Positions 54,156 through 62,617 of a stretch of DNA of 64,000 nt are shown here, piece after piece; position 1 is the first letter of the stretch; every line of letters starts with the position of its first letter. Both the position numbers and the translations under genes were made by a program. The notes under the pieces are model-generated. The model saw nothing but the letters and a program-made list of their open reading frames with translations, made no database searches and was not told the DNA's origin. The DNA comes from Candidatus Saccharimonadota bacterium (GTDB lineage: Bacteria > Patescibacteriota > Saccharimonadia > Saccharimonadales > UBA4665): contig JAQBRT010000001.1 of assembly GCA_028286345.1 (NCBI GenBank), positions 566,567-630,566 on the forward strand, in the 5' to 3' direction.

Positions 54156-54231
54156 TGCCGCCTTAGCTCATTTGGTAGAGCGCATCCATGGTAAGGATGA
54201 GGTGTCGGGTTCGAATCCCGAAGGTGGCTCC
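54156..54231 (+). tRNA. tRNA-Thr (anticodon GGT), encoded CCA
   Basis: Acceptor GCCGCCT/AGGTGGC (one G-U pair), anticodon stem CATCC/GGATG with loop ATGGTAA, and T-arm TCGGG-TTCGAAT-CCCGA. Confidence 0.92.
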
Positions 54232-54289
54232 ATAAGAATATTGAAATTCGAGTAGGTGTTGACAAAAAAACGTAAGCACTATACCATAT

Positions 54290-54410
54290 CCGTATAAGTA
54301 GTAAATCCAAAAGAAATACGCTTATACACAGCCCTTAAACAAGGCAAGCAAATATCCTTTCTGCAGAAAAGGAAACAAAAAAATACCGATTTGATCAATC
54401 GGTATTTTTT
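54290..54410 (+). ncRNA. Candidate ~120-nt small RNA with its own promoter and terminator
   Basis: TTGACA at 54259-54264, then 17 nt, then TACCAT. Three hairpins: GTATAAG/CTTATAC (54292-54327), TCCTTT/AAAGGA (54355-54373), and a 9-bp terminator ATACCGATT/AATCGGTAT plus a T-run (54383-54410). No ORF. Confidence 0.35.
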
Positions 54411-54489
54411 ATTCTTGTCACCAAAGCGTTTACAAGCGGCGCTATATCTGTTAGGATAGATAAGATAAATTCATAAAGGTAGTATTTCT

Positions 54490-54690
54490 ATGGCCAAAAA
54501 AGGCGATAAGCGTAAAATCATCGGTATGGTGTCGGAAGAAAGCGGCGAACGCTTGTATTACACTACCAAAAACACCATGAACACCCCTGAAAAGCTGGCG
54601 TTGCGCAAGTATAGCCCTAAGCTTCGTAAGCACGTTGTTTTTACGGAAACCAAGAAGAACTTGGGCCGTAATGAAGCACCAAAAAGGTAG
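54490..54690 (+). CDS. rpmG: 50S ribosomal protein L33, zinc-independent (C-) form
   Basis: [55 protein letters not shown] resembles the E. coli-type Cys-less L33, with a short C-terminal extension. Confidence 0.88.
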   Translation: MAKKGDKRKIIGMVSEESGERLYYTTKNTMNTPEKLALRKYSPKLRKHVVFTETKKNLGRNEAPKR

Positions 54691-54735
54691 TTTCGCCTCC
54701 GGCAAAATTACGCTGGCTGTGATAACCCAAGAATT

Positions 54736-54757
54736 AGTCCCCAATGGGGGCTTTTTT
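54736..54757 (+). terminator. Rho-independent terminator after rpmG
   Basis: AGTCCCC-aat-GGGGGCT (7 bp including one G-U) followed by a T-run. Confidence 0.65.
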
Positions 54758-54770
54758 ACTGCAAAAAGCG

Positions 54771-54801
54771 TTGTCAAAAACCATACTGTTTATGCTATAC
54801 T
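54771..54801 (+). promoter_or_regulatory. Promoter TTGTCA-19 nt-TGcTATACT (extended -10) for the giant surface-protein gene
   Basis: TTGTCA at 54771-54776, TG at 54793-54794, TATACT at 54796-54801. Confidence 0.5.
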
Positions 54802-54846
54802 TAACACCGTACAGACGACATACAAATATGAGGCCAAAAACGAGAA

Positions 54847-57800
54847 ATGCCTGAATTCGATAGACATCGCTTTCAACAGCACCAAGCTACGCAACCGGTG
54901 GAGCGCCGTATCTTTGGTGCGCCTATCCAGCGTGGCATCTCACATGCTGAAGAAATAGCCGTTCATGAAGCCCGAGTGGTACGAACCGACCTTGATAAAC
55001 TTTTAAGCTACATAGATAGCCATTCGCACAAAAGCCTACGTAAATGGGCGCGCCAAGGCGCTAAACAAGCAAAGCGGGTAAACCGGCTGTACAGGCGGGC
55101 TGCCCACTCTGTTACCAGCAAATTGCCGGAACCGGTCCGCATCACCGGCAGCTATATACGTAAACATTATCTGGAATATCCTATTTTGGCGGTTATATTG
55201 CTCGGTATTGCAGTGCCGGCACTGCAAGGGACGGTAGGCCGTAAACAAGCTGAACTCTATAAGCTTAATGATGCCAGCAGCCTACTCAAAACTACGCCGC
55301 AGAGTTTGGTGAAGAATATTGGCTATGATGCTAAGAATGCAGCATATACGTTTATGGCACCTGCAGATGAGCAGGCAGCAGCCAATAGCCAAAGCGCCGG
55401 CGGTGCCCACTATTCGGCCAAACTGAACGAAGACGCCAGTAAAGGCATAAGCCTGACCGATACTGCCAATAAACTTTCAATTGGCCTTACGCCAGAGTTC
55501 TCCACCATGAAGGCCAAGCAAGTAGATAACCACATCGTTTACCCTATTAGCGGGTCTAATGCCCAGCTCGTATACACATTCGAAGGCAACGGCCTTAAGG
55601 AAGACATTGTCTTGTACAGTAGCAATACTCCAGAAGCTAGTTTTAGCTATGCTTTCAACCTGCCATCAAGTTTAGAGGCCCGGATGCAGGGTGATGGCTC
55701 GATCAGTATCTTTGGGGCTGACCCAGCGCTGTATGGCAATATTTCGTATAGCTCGGATGCTGATAAGGCTTTGGTTCAAAAAGCCCAGGTGAACAGCGCA
55801 AAGAATACGCTAATGTACATTTTGCCTGCGCCGGTGGTAAAAGGGCAGAGCGCCAATGATGCTAACAAAGTTACTGCCAGGTTCAGCCTTGATAACGGTG
55901 TCCTGACCGTACATGTCGGAAACCTGCTTGGGCGCCAGTACCCGCTTACTATTGACCCGACTCTTGCCCTAGCTAGCGCTGGTGATTTTGGTATTGGCAA
56001 CGTAGACGACAATAACATTGATTTAACAAGTTCCAACCAGATCAGCCGCGGCCCACTCACCGGCGGCGACACAACTGGTGCTGCCACCCAACAGGTCACT
56101 CCCACCGGTAGTACTGGCTCCACCGGTGCCACAACCCTAATCTGGAATGGCTTTATCTATGTTATTGGCGGCCAAAAACCAGTCAGCACACAACTAAATA
56201 CTGTTTACTACGCCCCAATAACAGCCACTACCGGCGCTATTGGAAGCTGGACGAGCCAGAGTATCACATTGGGTGTGCCGACGCGCGGTGCTGTTGTCTA
56301 CAATGGCCGCATTTACCTAATCGATCAAAACACCGGCTCAGCCTATGTGCCAATCAATGCTAACGGCAGCTTGGGTACGGCAGTCACTGTAACAACACCA
56401 CCTCAGATTAATGGCGCCAACTTTACAATCACTGGCCGCTCGGATGTAGTCGCCTACAATGGCTACATTTACTTCAATAAATTTGACGCATCAATATCTG
56501 CCAATGGCGCGTACTACGCCCCAATTAACCCAGATGGTACACTCGGTAGCTGGACCCAAACCACAAAACTGCCGGCATCCAATGACGATGGCGCGATGAT
56601 AGCCTACAACGGTTACATGTACCACCTGGGTGGCGGTACTGGCTCGCCGCACAGTGCTTGGACTAACCTGACGTACTACACCAAGATTAATAGTGACGGC
56701 AGCTTAGCCACTTGCTCCGGTGTTACTTGGTGCACTGCCAGCAACAACTTCACGAATGGCCGTGAGGGCTTTGGCGCAACAATTATGAACGGCTATGTCT
56801 ATATACTAGGTGGTTGTGCTAACGCATCAGACGGTGTTGCTGGCTTTTGTAATAACAATAGCACTGGCCTGACAGCAACAGCCCAGGTGCAATACTCCGA
56901 TATGCAATATGCGCCTGTCTATGCCAATGGTGATCTTGGTGCCTGGAAGACAGGCAGCACTACGCGCACTGGGTATAATTACAACTTGGTTGGTGCTTAT
57001 GGACACCTGTACGCCGGGCAAGGAGCTTCTGTCACTAGTGCAAGCTGCCCTGGGGTTGGCTGTACTAATACTATGAACTACATCGCCTCTGTTTATAATT
57101 ACACCGTAACAACAGCCGGCGCGATTACAGGCTTTAGTTCGGGTACCGCCATGGGCTCATCTGCAAAATGGGATGCTGTTACATCAGCGAATGGCTACTT
57201 GTATAGTGTCGGCGGCTGCACAGGGGCAACAGCCAACTCTACTACCTGTACCGTAGGTGCTGACTCGACAACGGTGCGCTATGCTACAGTCAGCAGTACC
57301 GGCACGTTGACGTGGTCTACAACAACGGCCTTGCCGGCTGGCCGGTGGATGGCCCAAGCTGTTGCCATGAGCGGCTATCTATATGTGTTGGGTGGCTGTA
57401 CTTCCACAGCCGGTACCTGCACCGGGAAGTCGGACATACTTTATAACACTATAAATCCAGCTACGGGGCAACTTGGTGCCACCTGGTCAACAGCAACAGC
57501 AACCTTGACAGGCGTAACCCAGGGCTTTACGGTGACCACCTATAATGGCGTGCTTTACGTGGCCGGGGGTCATACTTCTGGAAGTAGCACACTATCTTCC
57601 AACATTTATTATTTCCCCTCAACTAATAACACCGGGGACCTGGCAACCAGGAACACATCAAGCCTGTCTGGTACTGCCTATAATTCCCCGATAGCGGCCT
57701 ACAATGGCTACTTCTACATTACCAATGGCGCAAGTGGCGTACTTATGGCTTCGATTGGTGCAGGAGGCTCAGTAACAAACAGCTGGTCCAATGCTACAAC

Positions 57801-59463
57801 CACGGCAGCAGCCGGGGTCAACAACGGTACACTATGGATCGACAAGGGCTTTGCCTATGGTTCTAGCGGCACGGTAACTGGCTATGCGCCAATCAATAGT
57901 AACGGTACGTGGGGTACGTGGGTGACTACCGGCGCACCAGCCTTGCAAAGGCAATATAGTGGGTATGCGGTTGTAGGCGACCACCTGTACGAGTGGGGTG
58001 GTTGTTCTAATACCACTAACTTTGGAGCAGGTAGTGAAGCTTGCAGCTCCTCAACAACTACTACCGGCATCGCAACGGTCGGCAATGGGGCTAGTGGCGC
58101 CAATGCTTCCTGGGTAGCCAGACAGGCCTTACCGGCGGTCAGAAGTTTTTCATCGGCAACCGTGGCTAATGGCTATATTTATACAGTCGGTGGCTGCTCT
58201 GTTACTGATTGCGGGTCTAGTAGTGCCACCGGAACTGTTTACTACAACAAAATTCTGCCGGATGGCACCCTCAGTAACCCATGGTCTACAACATCCAACG
58301 CGCTAGGTGTTAACAGGGCCCAAGGAGCGCTTGTAGCAGTCGGTAATTATTTGTACATGATCGGCGGGGTGGATGCGTCGCTAACCAAAACTAACACAGT
58401 CCTGTACACGACTGTCAGTCCTACCACAGGTGATACTACCGCTAGTTGGACAAGTTCGGGCAGTTTATTGGCTAATATCCGTGGTAACTCGGCTGTGTCT
58501 TATAAAGGTTATATTTATGTAACTGATGGAGAAAATTCGGCTACGGGCAAAACTTTGACTACTGAGTATACCTCCGTTGGGCTAGGTGGTGGTGCACCAT
58601 CAAACCCGGGCTGCGGTACTACTTGGTGTGCTAGTACAAGCTTACCGAGTGGTGCAGGTAGCCTTTTTGGAGCGGCAGCGCTCAACAGTGGCAGGATGTA
58701 CTTTAGCGGCGGCCAATTAGTTGCAAACACCTCATACTCCTCAAACGTGTATTATGCCACCCTGTCTTCCGGTGGCATCGGCGCTTGGTCGACTGCCAGT
58801 ACTAAATTCAATACCGAACGCTATCAGCACGTTAGTTTCGTTGCCAATGGCTATATCTATGTGTATGGCGGTTCGTCTTCGTCCGCTTGTCTCAATGATA
58901 TGCAGTATGCACCACTATTGTCTGGCGGGGACATTGGTAACTGGCAATCAGGCCAGAGTGTGGCAACCAGCAGAGCTGCAGTAACGGGTGCCTACTACGG
59001 TGGCTTCAGTTACTTTATTGGTGGCCAGCCATGTGGCTCGCCGGTAGCGACTGTCGATATGGCCAGCATACTGTCGATGCCCCAAAAAGCGCAGTATTCT
59101 AAGCTATTCGTGACGGATAAAGATGTTACTCCTGTCAAGACAAACCAGACATTCAGCACGACCGGGGCATATATTAACGGCACTTATGCTTCGGCCACAC
59201 GTGCAGCAGTCACTTTGGGTGCAGCAACAGCCTTCAGCCTAACCAGCGGCACTGCCAATACCCAAATAGGTACAACTCAAGCAGCTTATTTTTACCTGAC
59301 GTTCAATCTAGACGACACCCAAAATACAACTTTCTCAGACACTTATAGTTCACCTACGACACTCTCATTCTTTAGGATGAGCTACCATCCAAACACCAGC
59401 ATGCGACTTCGGGGTGGCGCGACATTTAATAGTGGCGTCAGCCAGTCACTAGATACCCCTTAA
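54847..59463 (+). CDS. Giant membrane-anchored surface protein with about 18 Kelch-like beta-propeller blades
   Basis: 1538-aa ORF. It has a basic N-terminal region, one TM helix (YPILAVILLGIAVPAL, about nt 55177-55225), a non-repeat domain ending YPLTIDPT, and then 18 recurrences of the hydrophobic-(N/S)G-aromatic-hydrophobic-Y-x-x-GG blade core between about 56100 and 59030. Confidence 0.85.
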   Translation: MPEFDRHRFQQHQATQPVERRIFGAPIQRGISHAEEIAVHEARVVRTDLDKLLSYIDSHSHKSLRKWARQGAKQAKRVNRLYRRAAHSVTSKLPEPVRITGSYIRKHYLEYPILAVILLGIAVPALQGTVGRKQAELYKLNDASSLLKTTPQSLVKNIGYDAKNAAYTFMAPADEQAAANSQSAGGAHYSAKLNEDASKGISLTDTANKLSIGLTPEFSTMKAKQVDNHIVYPISGSNAQLVYTFEGNGLKEDIVLYSSNTPEASFSYAFNLPSSLEARMQGDGSISIFGADPALYGNISYSSDADKALVQKAQVNSAKNTLMYILPAPVVKGQSANDANKVTARFSLDNGVLTVHVGNLLGRQYPLTIDPTLALASAGDFGIGNVDDNNIDLTSSNQISRGPLTGGDTTGAATQQVTPTGSTGSTGATTLIWNGFIYVIGGQKPVSTQLNTVYYAPITATTGAIGSWTSQSITLGVPTRGAVVYNGRIYLIDQNTGSAYVPINANGSLGTAVTVTTPPQINGANFTITGRSDVVAYNGYIYFNKFDASISANGAYYAPINPDGTLGSWTQTTKLPASNDDGAMIAYNGYMYHLGGGTGSPHSAWTNLTYYTKINSDGSLATCSGVTWCTASNNFTNGREGFGATIMNGYVYILGGCANASDGVAGFCNNNSTGLTATAQVQYSDMQYAPVYANGDLGAWKTGSTTRTGYNYNLVGAYGHLYAGQGASVTSASCPGVGCTNTMNYIASVYNYTVTTAGAITGFSSGTAMGSSAKWDAVTSANGYLYSVGGCTGATANSTTCTVGADSTTVRYATVSSTGTLTWSTTTALPAGRWMAQAVAMSGYLYVLGGCTSTAGTCTGKSDILYNTINPATGQLGATWSTATATLTGVTQGFTVTTYNGVLYVAGGHTSGSSTLSSNIYYFPSTNNTGDLATRNTSSLSGTAYNSPIAAYNGYFYITNGASGVLMASIGAGGSVTNSWSNATTTAAAGVNNGTLWIDKGFAYGSSGTVTGYAPINSNGTWGTWVTTGAPALQRQYSGYAVVGDHLYEWGGCSNTTNFGAGSEACSSSTTTTGIATVGNGASGANASWVARQALPAVRSFSSATVANGYIYTVGGCSVTDCGSSSATGTVYYNKILPDGTLSNPWSTTSNALGVNRAQGALVAVGNYLYMIGGVDASLTKTNTVLYTTVSPTTGDTTASWTSSGSLLANIRGNSAVSYKGYIYVTDGENSATGKTLTTEYTSVGLGGGAPSNPGCGTTWCASTSLPSGAGSLFGAAALNSGRMYFSGGQLVANTSYSSNVYYATLSSGGIGAWSTASTKFNTERYQHVSFVANGYIYVYGGSSSSACLNDMQYAPLLSGGDIGNWQSGQSVATSRAAVTGAYYGGFSYFIGGQPCGSPVATVDMASILSMPQKAQYSKLFVTDKDVTPVKTNQTFSTTGAYINGTYASATRAAVTLGAATAFSLTSGTANTQIGTTQAAYFYLTFNLDDTQNTTFSDTYSSPTTLSFFRMSYHPNTSMRLRGGATFNSGVSQSLDTP

Positions 59464-59480
59464 TCGTATAGAGTTATAAC

Positions 59481-61409
59481 TTAGGAGTCGCTTTTACTAA
59501 GGTCGAGGAGTGTGTTAACCATCTCGGCATGGCTCCAAACAAGTGGCGTAACGCCAAGTGGTGCAGCAGTTTCGGGATCAAATTGTTCGCTCAATACTCC
59601 GCTTGGCAGTTCGCGGGCCAGTGCCCAGTCGAGCAATTCACGGGAGCGGTCAATGTTACCGGCTGTGTAGTAGTACTGGGCCAGCCACAAAGTGCTAACA
59701 ACCCAAGGGTTGCCAATGTACTGATGATTGGTCAGGAAATAGTTGTCGTTTTCATAGCGCAGTACGCCGCCACTGTTGGTAACGTTAGTGATGCGCTCCT
59801 CAACATGTTTGGCCGTACTTGCCAGGCGCGGGTCATCGAGCGGTAAATTGGCATACATGAACGGACCGTAGAGGCTGGAAATGTCCAGGGTGTTATCAAA
59901 CTCAATGCTGCCGTCTTCTTGTATGAGGAAGCCTTTAACGAAGTAACCATCGGCATGGTAAAGCTTGTGTAGGTTATCGCGGATGCTGGCAGCGGCGCGT
60001 TCCCATTTGATAGCATCATCCGGCGTTTCGACTACTTTGGCGAGCTTAGCAGCCGTTTCTAGCCCGGCAATGACCGTGCAGACAGTGTAGGTACTAGTCA
60101 GGAACTTCTCTTCCCACAGGTCGTAGCTGGCGTGTGGTAAGCCGGTTTCTTCATCTATAAACTTGGCCATAAAGTTAGCGCAGGGCGCAATAAAGCTGTG
60201 GTACATGCTTTGGACAAAGGCGTGGTCGTTAGTGGCTTCAAAGTACTCGCCAATCATAAAGACCACACTAGCGGTTTCATCTTCCTGGATGGCCAGCTCT
60301 TTGCGGCGTCCGTGAACCAATGGGTGCCAGGTTGAGCCAATGGCGCGGTCGGGCTGGTATTTGTGCATTAAGTAGCCATCTTTGTGCATGGTGTCACGGG
60401 CAAACTCGAAGAAGTTGCGGGCTTCGCGGTACTGGCCAAGGCGGATCAGCGGCCACAGCGCATAGGCAGCGTCGCGAGGCCAGCAGTAGCAGTAGTAGTC
60501 GCGGCCATAGTTAAAGATGCTGGAGTCGCCACTGGCCAGGACAGAACCCCGGTCATCACAATGGGCTTTTATGACTAACAAGCTGTGCTTGAGGCTGCGG
60601 GCGTGGAAGTCTGGTATTGCCACTTCGCCGCTGTTCATCCACTGGGTCCAATTAGAGCGGGTATGCTCAAGCCGGCTGAGCATTGGGTGGTGCTTAAAGC
60701 TGTTATGGATGCTTTGGGCATCATTTTGGGTACTGGCGGCGATAATCCAGTAATCAAAAATGGCTGAAGCTTGGCCTGGGATAGATTTACGCAGGCGGAT
60801 AACGCTGTCGACGCCACCGTGCTCAACCGCGTTTGCTGATAATTCACCGTCTTCGGCATCTTTAAAGGTGCCGGCCTTACCTTCGATTGCGTAGTTGCCT
60901 ACGGCGTACTGGTCAAAATCAGTGCCATCGTCAAAGCGCCCAGCAATCAATAGGCAATAGCGGCCTTTGTAGTCGAGGATGTAGTGGTCGTCGGGAACAT
61001 ACATGGCGGTGTCGCCACGGCCCATGCGTGAGATCTGGAAGACTTGGTGCATAAAAATCCGGACTTCGCGTTCGTGGTCCCAGTTGTTAGTGATGGTACA
61101 GTGGCGGATGAGGGCGTTGTGTTCTTGGTCGATGTAATCTTGAAAATGCAGCCCAATACCCAAGGTATCGTTGGCCAGCTTAACACTGCTAATTAGCGCC
61201 GATTCTTCAAAATCAAGTTCAATGTGCCAGCTGCCATCGTCAGTCCAGCTAAACTGGCCATCTACCCAGATGCCGATTTTGTGCTGGCTGCTACGGGCAT
61301 TGGTTAAGTTTTCTAGGCCAACGTACGGGTAGTAAAAGTCATGCACCAAGCCTGATTCGTCGAGCCCGACAAATAACTGCCCATTACTGAGTACAACCGG
61401 CCGGCCCAT
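59481..61409 (-). CDS. Glycoside hydrolase family 15 (glucoamylase-like)
   Basis: 642 aa. The N-terminal beta-sandwich plus (alpha/alpha)6 catalytic region has typical motifs (YCWPRDAAY, LWEEKF, NPWVVSTLWLAQYY). Confidence 0.8.
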   Translation of the reverse strand: MGRPVVLSNGQLFVGLDESGLVHDFYYPYVGLENLTNARSSQHKIGIWVDGQFSWTDDGSWHIELDFEESALISSVKLANDTLGIGLHFQDYIDQEHNALIRHCTITNNWDHEREVRIFMHQVFQISRMGRGDTAMYVPDDHYILDYKGRYCLLIAGRFDDGTDFDQYAVGNYAIEGKAGTFKDAEDGELSANAVEHGGVDSVIRLRKSIPGQASAIFDYWIIAASTQNDAQSIHNSFKHHPMLSRLEHTRSNWTQWMNSGEVAIPDFHARSLKHSLLVIKAHCDDRGSVLASGDSSIFNYGRDYYCYCWPRDAAYALWPLIRLGQYREARNFFEFARDTMHKDGYLMHKYQPDRAIGSTWHPLVHGRRKELAIQEDETASVVFMIGEYFEATNDHAFVQSMYHSFIAPCANFMAKFIDEETGLPHASYDLWEEKFLTSTYTVCTVIAGLETAAKLAKVVETPDDAIKWERAAASIRDNLHKLYHADGYFVKGFLIQEDGSIEFDNTLDISSLYGPFMYANLPLDDPRLASTAKHVEERITNVTNSGGVLRYENDNYFLTNHQYIGNPWVVSTLWLAQYYYTAGNIDRSRELLDWALARELPSGVLSEQFDPETAAPLGVTPLVWSHAEMVNTLLDLSKSDS

Positions 61410-62617
61410 TAAACGGCATATCCTTTTTGGGATAATCGGAACTTGAGGTCGTGGAAAGCATTCATAAAGTTAATGTAGGCCTCGTACGGTGTGTCGTAAG
61501 GGCTAAAGTAAGCGTGGATGTCACCGTCGTTGAAGTATTTGGTACACATGTAGTAGAAGTGGTCAGAGGTCTGCAGTTTGCGCCAGTCGTCAATTAAGTC
61601 CCAGTCCCCAGTCTCTTGGACTACATTCTCTAGGTTGTACAGGGCTTGTATGGAGCTGGTTTGCATGCCATTGCCGAGCCAGGCACTTAAGTCACGCTCG
61701 GTGTCTGCCCAAGTGATGGTATTTGGCACGTCCACAAAATCGACGGATTCATTAGCATCAATAACTTCCGAGACAGTCATGAAAGTGTTGCCAGGAGTTT
61801 TGAGCCATTCGCCGGGTAAATGCTCAAGGAAGCCGAAGATGCCGCTCTCACTCCATTGGTGCTCACCGAAGGTCTCATAGTCCATAAACAAATTAAAGTT
61901 GGTGGCATCGGGGTCTTCCGAGAGCCAATGGGCAAACTTGTCGGCGGTTAGCGGCCACTCAGACCAGTTTTGGTCGCCAAAACGGAAAGCAATGTCGTCA
62001 GACAGCTTATAGTTTTTCATAAGTAAGCGGATGTTGTCGGTGTAGCTTGGGCGGTAAACAAAGTTTGGTGAGCGCCAGCCTAAGATCGGGTCCCAGCCTT
62101 CGGCAAGTACACCCTTGTAGCCGGCTTTGTCGGCCCAGAATGCTACATCGTTGTTGTAGCAAAGCTCGGTGTTACGGAATACCTGTGGCGTTTGGCCAAA
62201 GAGTTGTTGGACTTTTGCGCGGTGCATATTTACTTGGGCTTCAAACTCCTGCCTAGAGTAAAAGAATGCCAAGGAGTGATGGTAGGTTTCGGCGACAATC
62301 TCCACACGGCCGGTGGCGCATAGGTCCTGGAAAGACTTGAGGGCTTCTGGTGACCATTTTTCGAGCTGTTCAAGTACAGTGCCCGTGATAGAAAGGCTGA
62401 CTTTGAACTCAGGGTGGTCATTGAGCAGCTTGAGCAGCCGCGTGTTGGTTGGCAAGTAGGATTTTTCGGCGACTTTCTTAAGGATGCGCTCGTTTGATTC
62501 TTGGGCGTCGTAGGCGGCGTCGAAGTAGTCGTGTTTTACGGCGGCATCAAAAATGGTGTAGTGGCGTACACGGTATGGCTGGTGAACGTGCAGGTAGAGG
62601 ACTATGGCTTTGCTCAT
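61409..62617 (-). CDS. Glycoside hydrolase family 57 (alpha-amylase / alpha-glucan-acting enzyme)
   Basis: N-terminus LYLHVHQPYRV, and MDYETFGEHQW containing the GH57 catalytic-region signature. 402 aa. Confidence 0.8.
   Translation of the reverse strand: MSKAIVLYLHVHQPYRVRHYTIFDAAVKHDYFDAAYDAQESNERILKKVAEKSYLPTNTRLLKLLNDHPEFKVSLSITGTVLEQLEKWSPEALKSFQDLCATGRVEIVAETYHHSLAFFYSRQEFEAQVNMHRAKVQQLFGQTPQVFRNTELCYNNDVAFWADKAGYKGVLAEGWDPILGWRSPNFVYRPSYTDNIRLLMKNYKLSDDIAFRFGDQNWSEWPLTADKFAHWLSEDPDATNFNLFMDYETFGEHQWSESGIFGFLEHLPGEWLKTPGNTFMTVSEVIDANESVDFVDVPNTITWADTERDLSAWLGNGMQTSSIQALYNLENVVQETGDWDLIDDWRKLQTSDHFYYMCTKYFNDGDIHAYFSPYDTPYEAYINFMNAFHDLKFRLSQKGYAV

Noticed and set aside
54635-54958. 107-aa + strand ORF bridging the rpmG 3' end and the start of the giant gene.
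   Set aside because: It crosses the rpmG terminator and the downstream promoter and overlaps two better-supported genes, so it is probably spurious.
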